This document shows positions 25,026 to 40,754 of a stretch of DNA of 64,000 nucleotides, one piece after another. The stretch covers positions 112,840,001 to 112,904,000 of the forward strand of contig OZ024742.1 in the NCBI GenBank assembly GCA_964016885.1, written 5' to 3'. The notes beneath the pieces were generated by a model. It was not told the DNA's origin. It worked only from the letters and a program-made list of their open reading frames with translations, and did not search any database. The DNA is from Eledone cirrhosa (taxonomy: Eukaryota). Numbering within the stretch: position 1 is the stretch's first letter; the number at the start of each line of letters is the position of its first letter. Both the position numbers and the translations under genes were made by a program.

Positions 25026-28000
25026 ATTCAAATATATGAATTTACAATATGCTTCTTTTTATTTTGAATACGAATTTTGTATCACCATGAATAGCATTCA
25101 GCATCCGATATATTGAACGAAATGGACAGCAATGCACTACCTCAATAAGTTATATATAATTTATATTTTCTGTATAATATGCTATTACAAAATATGAATT
25201 CTGCGTCAAGGAGGAATGATTGTGGAGGACATCAAATAAATCATATAATTTTGTTTCGTTACATTATCGACGTTCTTCTACTTTTTTCCATTATTATGAA
25301 TTCAAACGGCATAAAGATTGCAACATCAAAGAAATCTGAAACATCAGTACATTTCCCCTATCTTACCCTAAAACATCTGTCTAAGTGAAGAAAAAAGAAG
25401 AAACATATGTATGCTCATCAAAGAGAGACAGAGAATAACATCATTCATAATAGTTCCTTCCTGACAACCACTACATAACTTTTCAAAGATGAGGGCAATA
25501 TTATGTCTCCATCTCACGAGAATAATATAACCAAGTTATATAGTTAAACAAAAAGAAAAAGTAATACCCATGGTAAAATCATCTTGACATCTCATGGAAA
25601 CATACTAGATACAGGGATATTATCAATTGAGAATACGGATGGTGTATATTGTTTGATCTTGCTATAAGTGGATATTTGAAATAAATAGATACCCATCTCT
25701 TAAAATATGTAGAGGACATTTATACTTGTGCACTGGTAGTGGAAAGGAATAAATAAAACACAAGCGTGTCTTGATTTGTTGTTATTATTTACTATTAATG
25801 TAAATCCATATAACAAAAAAAAAAAAAAAGCAAAGCAGAATGCATTAAAGTGCCAGCCTTGCTAAAGAAATCTGACAAACAATGTATAATTATATAGGGT
25901 TGATGAAGCATTTATCAAATTATGTATTGTCTGTTCGCTCACAATGTCACCTTTTAAACAATGCATTTCAATAGAAAATATTCGACATGTAACACACAAT
26001 TCTGTTTGCAAATAAGTGTCATGTTGATTGACATGGAATATATATAAAATTACTTTTTAAACCATGGCGGGATAACCAATCAGTTTTTCTGAATATTACT
26101 CCTCAGCTGTGTAATTGTAAAGCCGTATTATATGTACGAAAATTAAACCATCATTTCTAAATATTCTCTGTTTTTCATAACCAAATGGTGGGGGAGGGGT
26201 GGTGGCTGTCAACTTTCAATTAAACACTCAAGGCTACACACATTCTAGGACCAGTCACAATTTCATCTGATCCCGGTTATGCTCACTGCTTTATTTTGTT
26301 TAATAAAACTATTGCAATGGTAAAACAAATATATATTTCTCAGAAATTAAAGCAGAGTTAACTTGACCTTAATTAACGTGATCGTTAGAATTATATAGCT
26401 ATCATACAAATATACTTAAGACAATCACGTAGGATCTCACTGGAAGCTGCTGAAAATAACAGCCAATTATCGATTCACTCGCATTCTAATAGCTTCCAAG
26501 CAGAACTAAGCAGACTGTAACATAGTTGTATAAAACTATTCTTGGTGCCAGAGGAGACAGTCAACATAATAACATTGTTATAAATACTTTTCTGGAATAG
26601 GGTAGTCTTAAACCACACGAAAATGTAACACAACCTATACCGTGTATTTCAGCGGAATATGTTTCAAAAGATAATCACAGCTAGGCTTATTCTCTGATAT
26701 GTTAACGAGGCCTGTATAACATAATGAATGCACAAGCCGAATTATCATTAATAAACACATTTAATAAACACATTTAATAACAGTTATGAATATGCTATTC
26801 ATTAGTGTTGCAATCATGGAATGTAGTGAATAAACAGTGTCCCAACAATTCGATAACTCCCCGAAATTGTACTTAAACGATGACTTATATGATACATGTG
26901 ATAGAAAGATAGCGATTTTACAAAGACACGAATGACCTGTCACCTTTTAAAATAGATCAAACTGTAATAATCTGTTAAGGAATTTACTATGACATTAATC
27001 CCCATACACGCCCGACTTATTCCGCACAGCTATTAAGCATAATAGCAAACGACGGTATAATTTAAAATTAGTTCAATCCATTAAAAATGCAGATAACGAG
27101 TCAGAACGTTTTCGCCTGTGTGCTTCATTTGATGAGTTTAGAAATATTTTAGGAAGCAATGTTGGTACACAATTTTCAGTTTTCTTGTATATGAATTATG
27201 TTATATTATGATTATTTTAATTCAAATATTTATGAAAGATTTTCTATCCTTCCACAACGGCAATGTTCTCTCTCTCGAAATAGGCATGTATTAATTTTTT
27301 GAACATATATTGTAAGAAATTTACGATTTCTTTAACAAAGGCAATGTCACATAGCAAATAAATGTTTATTGCGCTAGGCTTTGTTTGCACGGCCTAGTCG
27401 TGAACTTCATTAAAGAATCTCATTTAATTGTGTTCCATTCTGAAAACTACTGTTTAGAAATATATTTGGAATCCATAGAACCGATGAAAAAAATGTTCGC
27501 AAAGAAATGCGTAGAAAAGAAAGCACACCATTGAATTAGAAACTCAATTTTAATACTATGAACGCATATAGTAATAAGGGAGTTGTATATTATATCATAT
27601 ACAATGAGTCAAATTCAAAAAATATTTAATCATGTTCTCTATTATATATTTAAAATATAACTGAGTTAAAATAAATTGTGCATGGATTGAAAGGAACTCC
27701 GATCGTGAATATAAAATGCGAAGAATATTAATCCGGTTTTTTGAAGGGAAAGATATCAACATATGACTTCGAAATATGAAAATATTATATTATATATGAA
27801 TGATTGCAAGGATCGATTTAATCAATTGGGACATAAGTGTTGTTGGTTAGCTGATATGATTCTATCCAATGTGAAAATTGTGTTGTTCGACCTCATTTTC
27901 TGACATTACTACTTGTCGGGATAATGAACAGATTGTATTACAAGTTTGAAAGTAATATGGTTGTTAGCGAAAATGTATATATTCCCTAGAAAATAATAAT

Positions 28001-31000
28001 TCTAGAAGTAAGTATCTAATAATAATGATGATTAGAGAAATGATGACTATAAACACTTTATTGTTGGAAGCTTAAAAAGAAAATATTTTGCTAGCATAAC
28101 AATATATTTTGTTTTTGCTTAGATTATTTAATTTCATGGCAAAGGAGCAGCACTTATATTTTTCTTTGTTGTTGTTTGTTTACTTCGAGATATGCGTGAC
28201 AGGGAGAGTACCTTTTCTCCAGAGCAAATTGAGTTTGGCCTATTAACATATCTACAGGAAGCAGTGGTGTATAAAGTATCGTATTCTGGAGTAGCAATTC
28301 TATTAGCACACTAACCGATATCTGCTGATATTTCCGAAGTGCGGGTAATTCACATGATCTAGGGTGGATTAGAAAACAGCTATTATAATGGTCACCTTCC
28401 ACATTGGATATGTTACCACCACAATGAGCTTTGTTATCTAACCGATCACTATTCAAACGAATTGTCTAGCTCACACGTGTTGATCCTTGATCTGGAAAGC
28501 TTCAATCTCTCCGGTTCGTCTTTTCTAAATTAAGGCTCTGTTATCTATCTCCTATTACACTTGCCATTACAAATTAAACATATCATTTTGTTTGTAAACA
28601 TAGTTTGAGGCTTGTCTAGTCTTCATCTTCAGAAATTGTGAACAATCACATTGGCATGAGGTAGGGCTGAAGACAATCAGCATTAAAAAGATACAATTTT
28701 AGAACGTTTCAGTAACAGATTAATAAAGGAAGATATTTACTTATATATTGCTTTCCATTTTCAAGTCATCACGATCGGAATTCATTATCATCTAGGATTG
28801 CAGTGTACAAATGGTTTTTCTTCAATGATATCGTAGGCAGAGAGGCGTAAGTATTTCTTATATTCAATAATCTTTATATATTAGTCACAACATCTAGCCC
28901 TATATATATATTTTTTTTTTTAATAAATAAAGGAGGTTTTCACCATTTAATTTTGCTTGGACTAGCCACCATATATCTCTCAAATTAAAAACTGTGGTTT
29001 CGAGAATTGTAAGTACACATTATATAGTGGATACATTTTAATATTAGGATAGACAAGGCTAGAATACTTTATAAATTTCGAATATGAGACATTTCCAATT
29101 TCTAATCGTAAACCTTAACATAAAGGATTCTCATGTTTCTACGTAATCAGTCCAAAATATGTAATATCTTTCTAGGAATGGCCTTAACGTTGTGTATGAA
29201 CATTCTACTAAACTACTTGTTATATTCTAGGAGGGGTACAATGTATGTTGGGTAAGAGCGTGTAGGTTCTACAAAGAATCAGTGTACCTGTTATCTTTAT
29301 TTTCTATCACATCATATTCAAGGCATGAAGACTTACATCCTAGTCGTCGTTATTGAAGGAGGGTAATATATTTCTGTGTATAAATGCAATATATGATTTT
29401 TGTATTATACATCTGAAGCATATATCTTGAAATATATCCTCAAAATGAAACTGACATATTTCGTCTTTAGACGTGTCATAATGCTGAAGTTGATAATGAG
29501 ATATTTTGTAAGGTTTTGGTCACTAAGCTTCATATTTAAATAGGAGATTAATGGGTTCACAAATTTTAATCGTATTAACACAATCTCATGATCTAGTGAT
29601 TTAATGAACTGTCGTTACGGAAATATTATTTGAGTTTGTTCTGTTATTAGTCAATGCAGAGCAGATATGATTGTGTGGCCAGAGTGATCAATTCATTTAT
29701 GTTTATCTCAGTCTTCTCCCCTGCTTAATATTCTTGGAGAGAAGATATATTCTCTTCTATATCAATTGTGGAACCTCATCAAATATCAAATGTAATCTCA
29801 AAATTATAAACACAATCATGGAAGGATATTTTCAGTTACTGTATTAAAAATTAAATTCACGTTTATTAAACCATTTTTGATTTAATCAGACATACTTTTA
29901 GATATTTAACTTCTTCCTAACCCGTTTCGTATCTGCTCTTTCGCTCTCCTTTACATTCCTCCTGATCATTACTCGGATATGTCTAAAAAAGAATGGGAAT
30001 ATACTAACCAATTGAGCATCGACATTTTAAAATCTTAATTAAAAAGAAAATGCAAATATTTCAACGCTTAAAGTTTCTACCGAAAAAGATGTTTCATCAT
30101 TGCGACCTATCCAAGCACTTTTTCTCTTTACCTGTCTTTCCAGTATGTACACACTTAAAGAGATGATGTTCAAAGATCAACAGAGCAGACTCCTATACAT
30201 CACTGAGCGGACTACTGGCATGTTTATATTCAATTTACGCAGATCCCGAAAACAACTTTGTCATCGGAATCACATAAGCATCAATACATACCACGAACAT
30301 TGAACACAGCATCAGCAATGCAACCATGTGCGCATTAGTAGGTGTACGAGGAAAACTGGCTGGATAACAACAACAGAATATATACCAACAGCAGTATTTA
30401 CATTAATATAATAATACTGCTGCTGAAAACGTATAATTTGATAAACAAAGGCCGCCATGAAAATGGGCAACCAATGTGCTCGATGAAGTGCTCTGTGTTA
30501 TGAAGGGCATATAGTTGTAGTTATCTCCGCAGTTGCACCGCAGTATGGCTGATTCTCTCATTGAAAACACGGAAGATAAAAATGATGGCAACCATGATGA
30601 TGATCATTATGATGATCATGATGATGAGGAAGATGGTGATGAGTATGATAATCATCATGGTGTGAATGGATGTGAGGATTGTGATGATGATGTTAAAATT
30701 GGGGGCGCCAGTGGACTTCATCATACAGGTTAACAACACAATATCGTTCTTTGATAACATCAACCGATTTCCCTCCTTTAAATGTGATGCATGATGTTTG
30801 GCTGAATATCCATGTATAAAGTTCTGTGTCTCATAAATATTTCTAATTTCTTAAAATTGATATTTAAACATGAAGCGGAACACAACTTTCTACACAGAAT
30901 AATTGTCGTATTAATGAATCTTTGTATACATAATATATTATTCTCTATCACCATCCTTCTATAATAGCGTCGCATTATTTAATAAGTGAATATATATTGT

Positions 31001-31765
31001 ATTGCTGATATGCCTAACACATATTCATGAACCTTCATTTTGCAGGTCGTTTTCTCATTGAGGTTATATCTCTGAATGACTCACACACTCACTCACACAA
31101 TCACATACGCCAACATAAACAGCGCATCAATCACTCAAACACACCCACACACACACATACCCACACACACACGCACATACACATTCACATACACATACAC
31201 ACAAACACACATTCCTCGCTACAAACATATGACTGTATCATGACAGTTTTTCTCATTCCGCTGATAGTTTATTGTTCGACACGTAACTATTTTTGTAGAA
31301 TACAATCGAACAATATTTAAAACCAAGAGATCTTATGCAACAGTAAGACGTAGTAGGCTGCATAGCAATATGCTTTAAGCCTATGCGATATCTGCCAACT
31401 CCGTCATATATATGAACCTAGAATCTCTATGTATTATAACTCCCAGAACTATATTTCAAAACAAAGGTTTATTGTTTTTTTATTGCAACATATGTCAGTA
31501 ATAAGTGTCTGCACACATTTAGTTTGATATATTTTACTTTCCTCCAAAATGAAGATGCATGAATATGTTTTATCCATATCAGCAGTACAACGTTTTTTGA
31601 ATGACTTCAAAGAAAAGCTTTTGAAAATAGTGTAAAAAAGAGGTGGAACTAGTAAAAGTGATAAAATATATATAAATAATCCTCAAATTATTTGGCGTAT
31701 TAATACAGGAACCTTTTAAATAATCCAAAGGTCAATCATTGAATTTTTCAAACACAATTTTCTCC

Positions 31766-31858
<93 letters not shown>

Positions 31859-31914
31859 ACACACACATTATCTCTCTATATTTATATCTATCTATCTCTC
31901 TTTTATATATATAT

Positions 31915-32505
31915 CGAGGCTGTGTTCACTAGTGATGGAATGCAGCTGGCTGAATTAAGTGTAGGAATTGTAGGAGGTGGTGCAATAATGCGCCGGCTTC
32001 AACATTCGGTAATCAGAATGTTGGTAGGTGTAATAACTAAAGTTGCGATCTTCAATTCTGTATTCGTGCTCACCCATATTTACGGTCACGATTCTTCGGT
32101 AATGACCGCAAACATACGATCGTTAACACACGCTGCCTTAATAGTGTTCCTCCAGAGTGTATTTGGAGTAATGTTACTCAATAGACTGCGTAACAGAGCT
32201 ATTAGTGAACCATTCCAGGTAGGGCTGTTACTTCTCTGAATTGACGGGTCACAGCTCCAATATTATGCGCATGTATTAGGATGTCTAAAAATAAAACATT
32301 GCTGGACAGATTATACGGGAAAAACCAACCGGAGGATATCCAGGCATAGATCCCCTGAAATATTTTTGGATAATTTCCATGAGCCTGTCTGGTCTAGCTT
32401 GATGATCCAGCCGAATAATTTGGAGATGGTTGTTTCTGACAGGACACGCTGAAGGAGTGTTTCAGTCCTCTGACCAACACGAACCTCTCAGGAATAAGTG
32501 GGCAA
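31915..32505 (+). mobile_element. RTE-clade LINE 3' fragment (Expander/Rex3-like), degenerate
   Basis: Translation VFTSDG...AIMRRLQHSV...KVAIFNSVFV...YGHD..VMT...IRS...A...FL....G..L.NRLRN..I fits the RTE post-RT region, and it continues to a DR..W-like end. Confidence 0.72.
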
Positions 32506-32681
32506 AGGTGAGGGAGAGAAGAAAAATGAAGTTGACGGCGCCTTATTCATGAGAATAACAATTTGAAGATCTTTATTACCTTTGATTTAAACAGCTCATC
32601 GTTTCAACATTGATTTTCTTTCATAACCGAAGATTTAATATTTGTTTTAAGTTGGTGGTTGTGACTGTCATTCACATCGAA

Positions 32682-32765
<84 letters not shown>

Positions 32766-32878
32766 CTTCCTACAGCATCTCGATTCGAGCTACTGAAAAC
32801 AAATACGAAGAAATACCGGGCCTGGAACATGTGTATAATTATATATGTATGTACATATCTATATCTATCTACCTGTCT

Positions 32879-35800
32879 GGGATGGACACATGTGTTAAAC
32901 TTGCTCGGTAAGTTTTGTTTAAATTTCTTTAGAAATTCGTCATTGCGAACTTTTATTTTTATACCAATTTGTAGAGGGACTGGCAAATCAAATTTTGATC
33001 TGGTCAGTCTCTCAAAATATCGTGCCCCTCAGGGCAAAAACATCCAACATATTTCCGAAAATATTTTTGCAAAGCACTTCAATTTAAAAAAAATGGTCGA
33101 AGCAAAGGCACCTACTTCTTTGACAAAACAAAAGATGGGAAGGGAAAGCCATGCCTACTTGACCAGCAGGTAGTATCAGACATGGACAAAGGAATGCCAA
33201 CATTATCGCCTCAACATTTAGAAGAGGAACAGGCTTGAACTGCTTGTAAGCAACTGAACACGCCTGCCGTCATAAACATCACATGTATCCACACACAGAA
33301 GGAAGTATGTGTAGCAAACACTAATACCACCACAACCAACAACAACAGCAACACAATAAATGAGAACAACAACACAACAAAGGAATCAGTGAGACCATCA
33401 TCACCACCAACAATAACAATAACAACATCTCATTTACAGCAACCGTTGCTAAGCAACAGGATTTTAAATATTACTCCATAGACATTTCCCGAATGTCCCA
33501 ATATTTGGAAGAAGCTTCCAACTATGTGACGTTTGAGGGAGACACCCCACACATACACATACCCCTACAAGTAAGAGAATGACACAGAAAAAGAAACTAT
33601 TTCATAGAACTGTTGACATCATTACCATTAAATCCATAACGCTCCCAACAAGCACTGTTGAAGCTGCACTGAGATATATCAAGCCAGACGTGGCATATCT
33701 CCAAAGAGGTAAACAGTATGGTGGATCCTACGCTGCATCATGAAGAAAGATGAGGACACCCTCCTATCTGTAGACAGGACAGACCGGCATAACTGGTTTG
33801 TAACCTGCATCGAGGTTCTGGTACAAATGAGGGCAGAGAAAGTTGAGAAAATACTTGACAGGATCATCCTTGAGGAAGATATCATCTCCATTTTAGTGGA
33901 GGGGAAAATACCTCAGTGCCATAAGTGTGGTAAAACCACACACTTAAAGGCCTTTTGCCCTATCTCAAACAAACCGAGGAGAAAAAAGGTGTTATTACCA
34001 ACACCAAAACCCCAACATCAATACCCCAAACCAAACACAAACAAAAAAACCTGCAAACCCCACCCCCCCATACCAGAGACCACCACACACAAAGTCCCAC
34101 TGAAACACCCTGCATTGCCTCCTCCCTCCCTGTGAATTACTTCCACAAACACCTGCACAAACACTCCATCGCACAACATACGCCTCCCATCTACCCCTGA
34201 TTCAGAGGTCTCAGACACGGGAACCTCTACATCTCCAAGCGAGAATGAAGAGGAACCCCACAAATAAAAAAAAAACAAATAAGACACAAAAACATCTACA
34301 GAAAACACGCACACACACCATCCCACAATAAACACACCGCCACAAACGACAAACACACCAACAACACAATCGCCCCCATCACAACCAAACACTTCACCAA
34401 CAAAACAAACACCCACACCACCACAATCACAAACTCCAATCACAAAAAGAAAATTACAAACAGAAACAGTACACATAAAAAACAAAACACATTACACATA
34501 CATACAAACAATGAAACAAAGAACTGGTGGAAACTGTCTGAAAGGACCCCACAATACAAACGGAAGGGAAAACCTCCCCACCAACGACCCCCCCAAACCT
34601 CAAACTTATCAGGGTAACAACCCTACAGTATGACACTTTAAAAGAGAACTTCCCACATGATGTGGGTCCCCCTTGCCAAAACCACCTTAACTGTGTACTG
34701 CTGAAAGGATTCCCTTCCTCCCAAAGCACCACCCTTCTGGACATGGAGATCGAACAACCCGACCCCCAGGAAACGAAAAGTTAAGTGTTCTTGCCTTTTC
34801 TCTCCTTAACTCTTCTTCACCAACATGGCGACTCTACAAGCTGGATGTTTGAATATACGTGGCCTGGGTATGTCCTAGAAACACGGCAGGCTTTTAAATG
34901 ATCTCAGGTCTCATTGCATAGATGGGATAGACATCACCGTGTCCAGAATTCACGATAAGCAGCAGCTAACCCCCATGTTCGATGAATTTGAGATCTACGC
35001 ATCTCTCTGTAGGCCAGGAGGTGGAGGTGGAGTTGCTGTTCCTGGTTCGAAAAAACTTGGATCTCAAAATACAGACGGTTCACTTGGTCCTGGAGGGCAG
35101 CATGGTGGTCCTGGACGTGAATGGTAGTGAAGGTGGAGCTTTCAGACTGGTGGCCGTATATGCCCCGACTGTGCCATCGCGATCAGAGTTTTTCAGGCGT
35201 TCGGAGCCATTCCTGGGAACGTCTAGCTCCTTAGTGTTATCGGCGGACTGGAATGGCATCTTAGACGTACGTTGGTACTCTGTAGGAGCTTGTGATAATA
35301 GAGGGGGGTGTAATAGCATCAAAAATCTCATCAGCCAATTCGACCTGGCTGATAGATATCGACTAGACTTCCCAGGTGCACCACTGTGGACATGGAGCAA
35401 CCGCACTGGGTCTTCTAGATCGTATTTAGATATATTTTTAATTAGACAGAATCATAAGGAAACATTAAGCTGTCCAGAAATGCACATGGTTGCCTATTCA
35501 GACCACACATTAGTCACCTGCGTAGCCAACCTTGATAGAACACATTGACAGGGACCCCGATACTGGAAGCTATACATGTCGCTCCCGGCGCGTAAGACCT
35601 ACATTAAACGGATTAGCACCTTAGTTAAGTGCCAGTTGACGGGGGTGATCGTCAACAACAGGTGGTGGAGCTCTCTCAAGAGAGCAATTAGAATATAATC
35701 GATAGCATTTAGCAAGGAAGTAGCTTTAAAAAAAAACAAAACTGAAAAGGATTTGGTAGCTAAAATAGAGAGGCACTTAGGAATGCCAGTACAGCTCACG

Positions 35801-38473
35801 TGCTACCGGCGAGAATGGCACTAGACCAGTTCTTCAACGTGAAACACGAAGGTTGTATTGTCAGAAGTAGAACACATGCTTTAAGAAACGAGGGAGCCAA
35901 AGCTGTTAGCTGGGCCCGATGGGCAGTGGCGAAAAGTGGCAAGACATCCCAATTCGGTCTTTGCAAGACAAAGATGTGTGCATTATACTTGAATCTAAGC
36001 AGGCCTTCCAGGAGCAGTTTACACAACTGTTCGGGCAAAGTGGTACATCGATCGCGGTGATGGACTTCATCTCCTACATCGATGGCATACCGCGACTCTC
36101 GAGCACGGATCCGGAGAGCTGCCAAAGACGGATGACAGCGGGCGAAATAGAAGATGACCTAGGACACTGCGGGTAACGCAATCACACGGTTTAGATGGTC
36201 TACCCCATGAGTATTACATAGGCATGACAGACTTGTTCCCTGGCGTCCTCGAAGCGGTCTACTGCAACTGGCAGCAGAACGGAAGGATTCCCAGTTCTGT
36301 AGGCAGAGACGTAGTAACGCTGATCAGGAAAGATGAGAACAAGGGGGGTGAGATAAGCAATTTCAGGCCCATAACTCTGCTCAACACAGAGTTAAAAGTG
36401 TTGGCCAGCAAGGCTGGCGCTTGTCGAAACACTGGTAAGGGGAAGCCCAAACGTGTGCAATCCCGGCCAGGTCCATACACGACAACCTCCACCTCATGCG
36501 ATATATCATAGAGAGGGTAGTGTGTAAACCTGGCTTCGGTGGGGCTCTGTTCAATTTAGATCAGTCTAAGGCATTTGATAGGGTGGACCATCAATACTTG
36601 GAAGCAGTTCTCAAGGCAGCCGGCTTCTGTCCCGTCTTCAGAGGCTGGATCGCCGGCATGCACACCAGCATCTGCTCGGCAGCCAAGGTGAATGGCTACC
36701 TATTAGAGCCATTCCTAACCATGCGTTCCATCCGTCAGGGATGCCCTCTCTCCTCCATTATGTATGTAATGACTCTCGAGCCATTACTGTGGAAGTTGGA
36801 GCTAGTGCAGGGCATCCCGATCGAACCAGGACTGCGGAAGCAGCGTTGGCCTATGCTGACGACGTAAACGCAATGGTGTCGTGAACCTCGGAAATCAGGG
36901 TAATCGGCAACCTATTACAGGAATCCGAAACGTTGACAGGAGCAAGACTAAACCCAAACAAGTCTGTCGGTTTGCACTTGGCACATGGAGAGGCAAACCC
37001 ATGCCTTTCAACAGTGTCGTTGGACGCTGGATGGAAGTACCGGTGAAATTGCTCGGGGTCTGTTTGGTCCAGACCGCCAGGTGGACAAGAACTGGAACGA
37101 GGTTACGGCGATGGTGTTTGAACTCACCCAAATAGTGCAAACTCTCCTTGAAAGGTCGAGCGGAGGTGGCGAACGCTTACATAGCATCCGTCATCTACTA
37201 TCGCTTGACAGTGGTGCCTTGACACCGCGAATACCTTACCAAAATGGAAATCCTACACTTCAAGTTCCGCTGGAAGAAACAGGCTCCATTGGTGAGGAGA
37301 TCCATCTGCAGTCAACACCTTTCTAACTGAGGGCTGTGCATGCCGTGGCTGATGATGCGCAAACATGCGCTGAGGCTACACCATATGTAGGTATTCCTGA
37401 CCGGTGAACCGGTGTGGCTGTCGTATGCGAGACAAGCTCTTCTAAAACTCGTCTCACTAACAGAGCTGAAGTCCTGTGACAAACGAAGTCGAAAATGTGT
37501 GCCTGGCACCTCGAGTGCCTACAGGGGCTCGCAGCCTTCTACCAAGATGAAACCGCCATCAGCGGAGGCTCCACTTCGAAATTCTATAGGTGATTAGTGG
37601 AGGATAGGTGCGACGACGTTCTCGGGGAAACTCTAGATATCGAGGAGGACGAACTGACCAGTCTGTTCGGGAGGACTTTCCGTTCAGGGCCTATGGATAT
37701 CTTCCAGAGGTCTCTGGCCTAGCAGTACTACAGAGGAGCTCTACCAGTTCGAGACCAAATCTACAGGAACGGACGCCCTGGCAGAGATCCTGCCAAAAGA
37801 TCCTGTCCAAGATGCGAGCAGGACATCGAAAACGTTCTGCACGCAATTGTTCAGTGCCCAGGGGTGTCCGACCTGTGGAATTATGTGGAATAGCTACTGT
37901 CACGTGTGGGACGCATCCAGTTGTCAGCCGAGTCCATCGTGAGGATCACCCTGCCGGCCGCCTTCATTTAAGAACGGAGAGGCGGTGTCCCACTTTCTGG
38001 TGGCAAGGGCTAAAAAGGTAATATGGTGGACGAGGTTTAAAGGACTGAGGGCCAACACCTTTCTCTCCGGACAACCACTTATCCCCTTCTTTAAGTATCA
38101 CTTCAGAAGGAAGGTGAGAGTAGAGACAGAGGTGCTACACCCCAGTAAATTCACTGAAAGGTGGGTTAATGTGGCGAAAATGGCCTGAGTGAATGGGCCT
38201 TCTCTGTATATAAACCTGAAGGTTGAGGAAGATAAACAGAGGGAAGACATGAACACCTACAAAACGTGTTCCTGGTGTTGAGGGTTGTTCTATCAGCGGG
38301 GTGTAAAACAACCCTGCAGTAACCCCCACCCCCCTACGGGGATTTCAATTGTTATTTTATTATATATAGTTTATTGTTATTTATTAATTTTAAAGTTATT
38401 TTTATGTAAAACCCACACCGTCACGTCTTATAATGTCCCATTCGTGTACGCCCATGTGGCAAATAAAGAAAGA
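32879..38473 (+). mobile_element. Tx1-like family 2, full-length degenerate element in (TATC)n
   Basis: ORF1 remnant with CHKCGKTTHLKAFC. ORF2 from ATG 34825 to about 38220 has APE (VYAP, DWN, YSDH), RT (FRPITLLN, DQSKAFDRV, IRQGCPLS, YADD) and CPRC finger remnants. The 3' UTR ends AATAAAGAAA, and near-identical 13-mers flank it. Confidence 0.88.
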
Positions 38474-38561
38474 TATCTACCTATCTATCTGCCTATCTAT
38501 CTAACTATATATCTAAATATCCATCTATCAATATATTTATCTTTCTCTCTCTTTAAAATAA

Positions 38562-38592
<31 letters not shown>

Positions 38593-38593
38593 G

Positions 38594-38668
<75 letters not shown>

Positions 38669-40021
38669 CACACATAGGTGAACGGGGAGTAGCACTCCAT
38701 ACAGATCGAAGATTATTGGTAAATTGAGGAAGTGGAAATCCTGGGGTGTATCGAAAGATTATATTTTTCTTTAATCTGAAAGAATATATATTTTTATATT
38801 CATTATATTAAATGATTTAAATTTTACTAAATAATATCCGTTTCTATTGATATGTCAATCATATTAAAAGCAGTATTCTCATATTCTGTGGACAGCTAGA
38901 ATGGGTGTGAATTTTCTCTCTAAATCTCTACTTATATACGTTTTTCTGACAGCAGTGTGCTGACGGAGGACGTGTTATTCAATGGGATAGGATTCAATTG
39001 GTTTAATATAACATTCTATTGATTGAAATCGAAAGCTTAGATGGCATATTGTTTTGTTTTTTTTCAATTTAAATGCACGTATATATGCCTCTATGTATTT
39101 AGGTGGGTCTCTTTGACTAAATATTTCGAGATTATTTTCAAGGTGTGTATACACATACATTATCAATATAAAAAAGTGAAATAGTTAAACGTAGATATGA
39201 GGTTGATTGAAATTTCTATTCAAAATTCAAAAGATAAGTGTATATATAAAGGCAGAAGTTATTAATATGAACAAAAAAAACACGTTTGGAGGAAAAATAT
39301 TTTTCAATCTTAAAAAATTGAGATTGGTTTGGTGAGGTTCTTAGGAAGTTTGTGAATTTTCTTTTGTCTAGTGGTGTGTTTGAGTGTGTGTACGTGTGTG
39401 ACGCGTGCGTGTCTAGGTGGGGTTCTATTGTGTCATGAGTTCAAATTAATTTTTAGGGTTTGGAGTTAAATGTAAAAATATTGAATGTTATATAATGAAT
39501 AAAAAATACAGATGTAGATATAAACATGATTAAAACGGATTGTTTCGAGAAGGTTATACTTTTCAAAGAAATATTTTCTGGAAGATTTACGAGAGAAATA
39601 TTTCTAAATATGTTTTAGTGGAATGTTTATGATATATGTTTACGTGTGTTTACCTATGTATAGCAGCACCTGTATAGTTTTGTGTATATAATTGTGTATG
39701 CTGGGTGTTGTCAAGAATTTTGTAATCTGGATGTTGTCATCTATAGATCATTATCTATTGACTTAAGTGGGACTATTGTTTATATATTGTTTTTATTTGT
39801 TTATGCTCTAATGTTTTTTTTTCATTCCTTACGTTTGTTCTTCCACATCTACGTATCAGTGGGGTTGGAGAAGTTTTTATGGCACTGATGCCCATATTTA
39901 AGGATATGTTCTGGAATTTACTTTTGAATTAACGTTTTGATGATTTGGTCTGTTCAAATAATTATTTAGATTTGTTATCCTTCATAGAGAATAGGGAGCT
40001 CGTTGAGGTGACGTAAGTGCG

Positions 40022-40077
40022 TGCAATCAATACATGTTTATTTGTTCCCCTGAACAAATAAACATGTATTGATTGCA
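40022..40077. repeat. Perfect 26-bp inverted repeat with 4-nt loop
   Basis: tgcaatcaatacatgtttatttgttc-ccct-gaacaaataaacatgtattgattgca. Confidence 0.92.
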
Positions 40078-40754
40078 AATTTGAATTGTTATTAAACACC
40101 TTCTCTCAATGGTATGCCACGTCGATGTTCCCTCTTTATGTTTATCAGCAAATCGTCGGTGTAAACAGTATATGTTCATGATAAATATATATATATGTAT
40201 ATACATTCATCTATGTACATACATATATACATATATACATATATAAATCTATGAATATTTCGTGGTTTGTTAATCTTTTCAATTTGAAGTAATGATAACG
40301 TGTTCCCTGAGGAAGGTCGGTACTGGCTTACATCCTTTTTGGACTAAAGTCACTTGTCACTGAAAATAGAGGATACTGCTACAGTAGCTGATGACCATCA
40401 AAGTAGTGTCGTCGATCGTCAATCGTAAATCTCCGTTGCAGTGAGGGTAATCCCCGCAGAAGACGGAATGCTAGCCACTTTCGGAATGTTTACTAACATT
40501 ACCTAAGTTCTGCGCACAGTAATTCCATTCGGACTGCCACTAGGAGATGGAGTCGCACAAACTAATGCATTGGTTGTGGGAGGAAAATCTCATTTTCTAG
40601 CCACACGAAATCGGCTTCTCTCTAATAACCCTGTAAGTGTGCACTCAAATATTATTTATAATGGTGTCTTAATAATACAGACACAATTAAAGTATTGAGA
40701 GAGTAAAAAAAACGACCGAAGGTGTGTCGTTCCAATTCGATAGCTTTGTTTCAT

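Noticed and set aside
30533-30733. Asp/His-rich ORF, and the CAT-rich block at 57420-57720
   Set aside because: Degenerate (GAT)n/(CAT)n trinucleotide repeats.
25030-31700. Possible host exons in the unique-looking AT-rich stretch (e.g. ORF 28154-28456)
   Set aside because: No recognisable domain, codon pattern or convincing splice-flanked ORF. Small exons cannot be excluded without RNA-seq.
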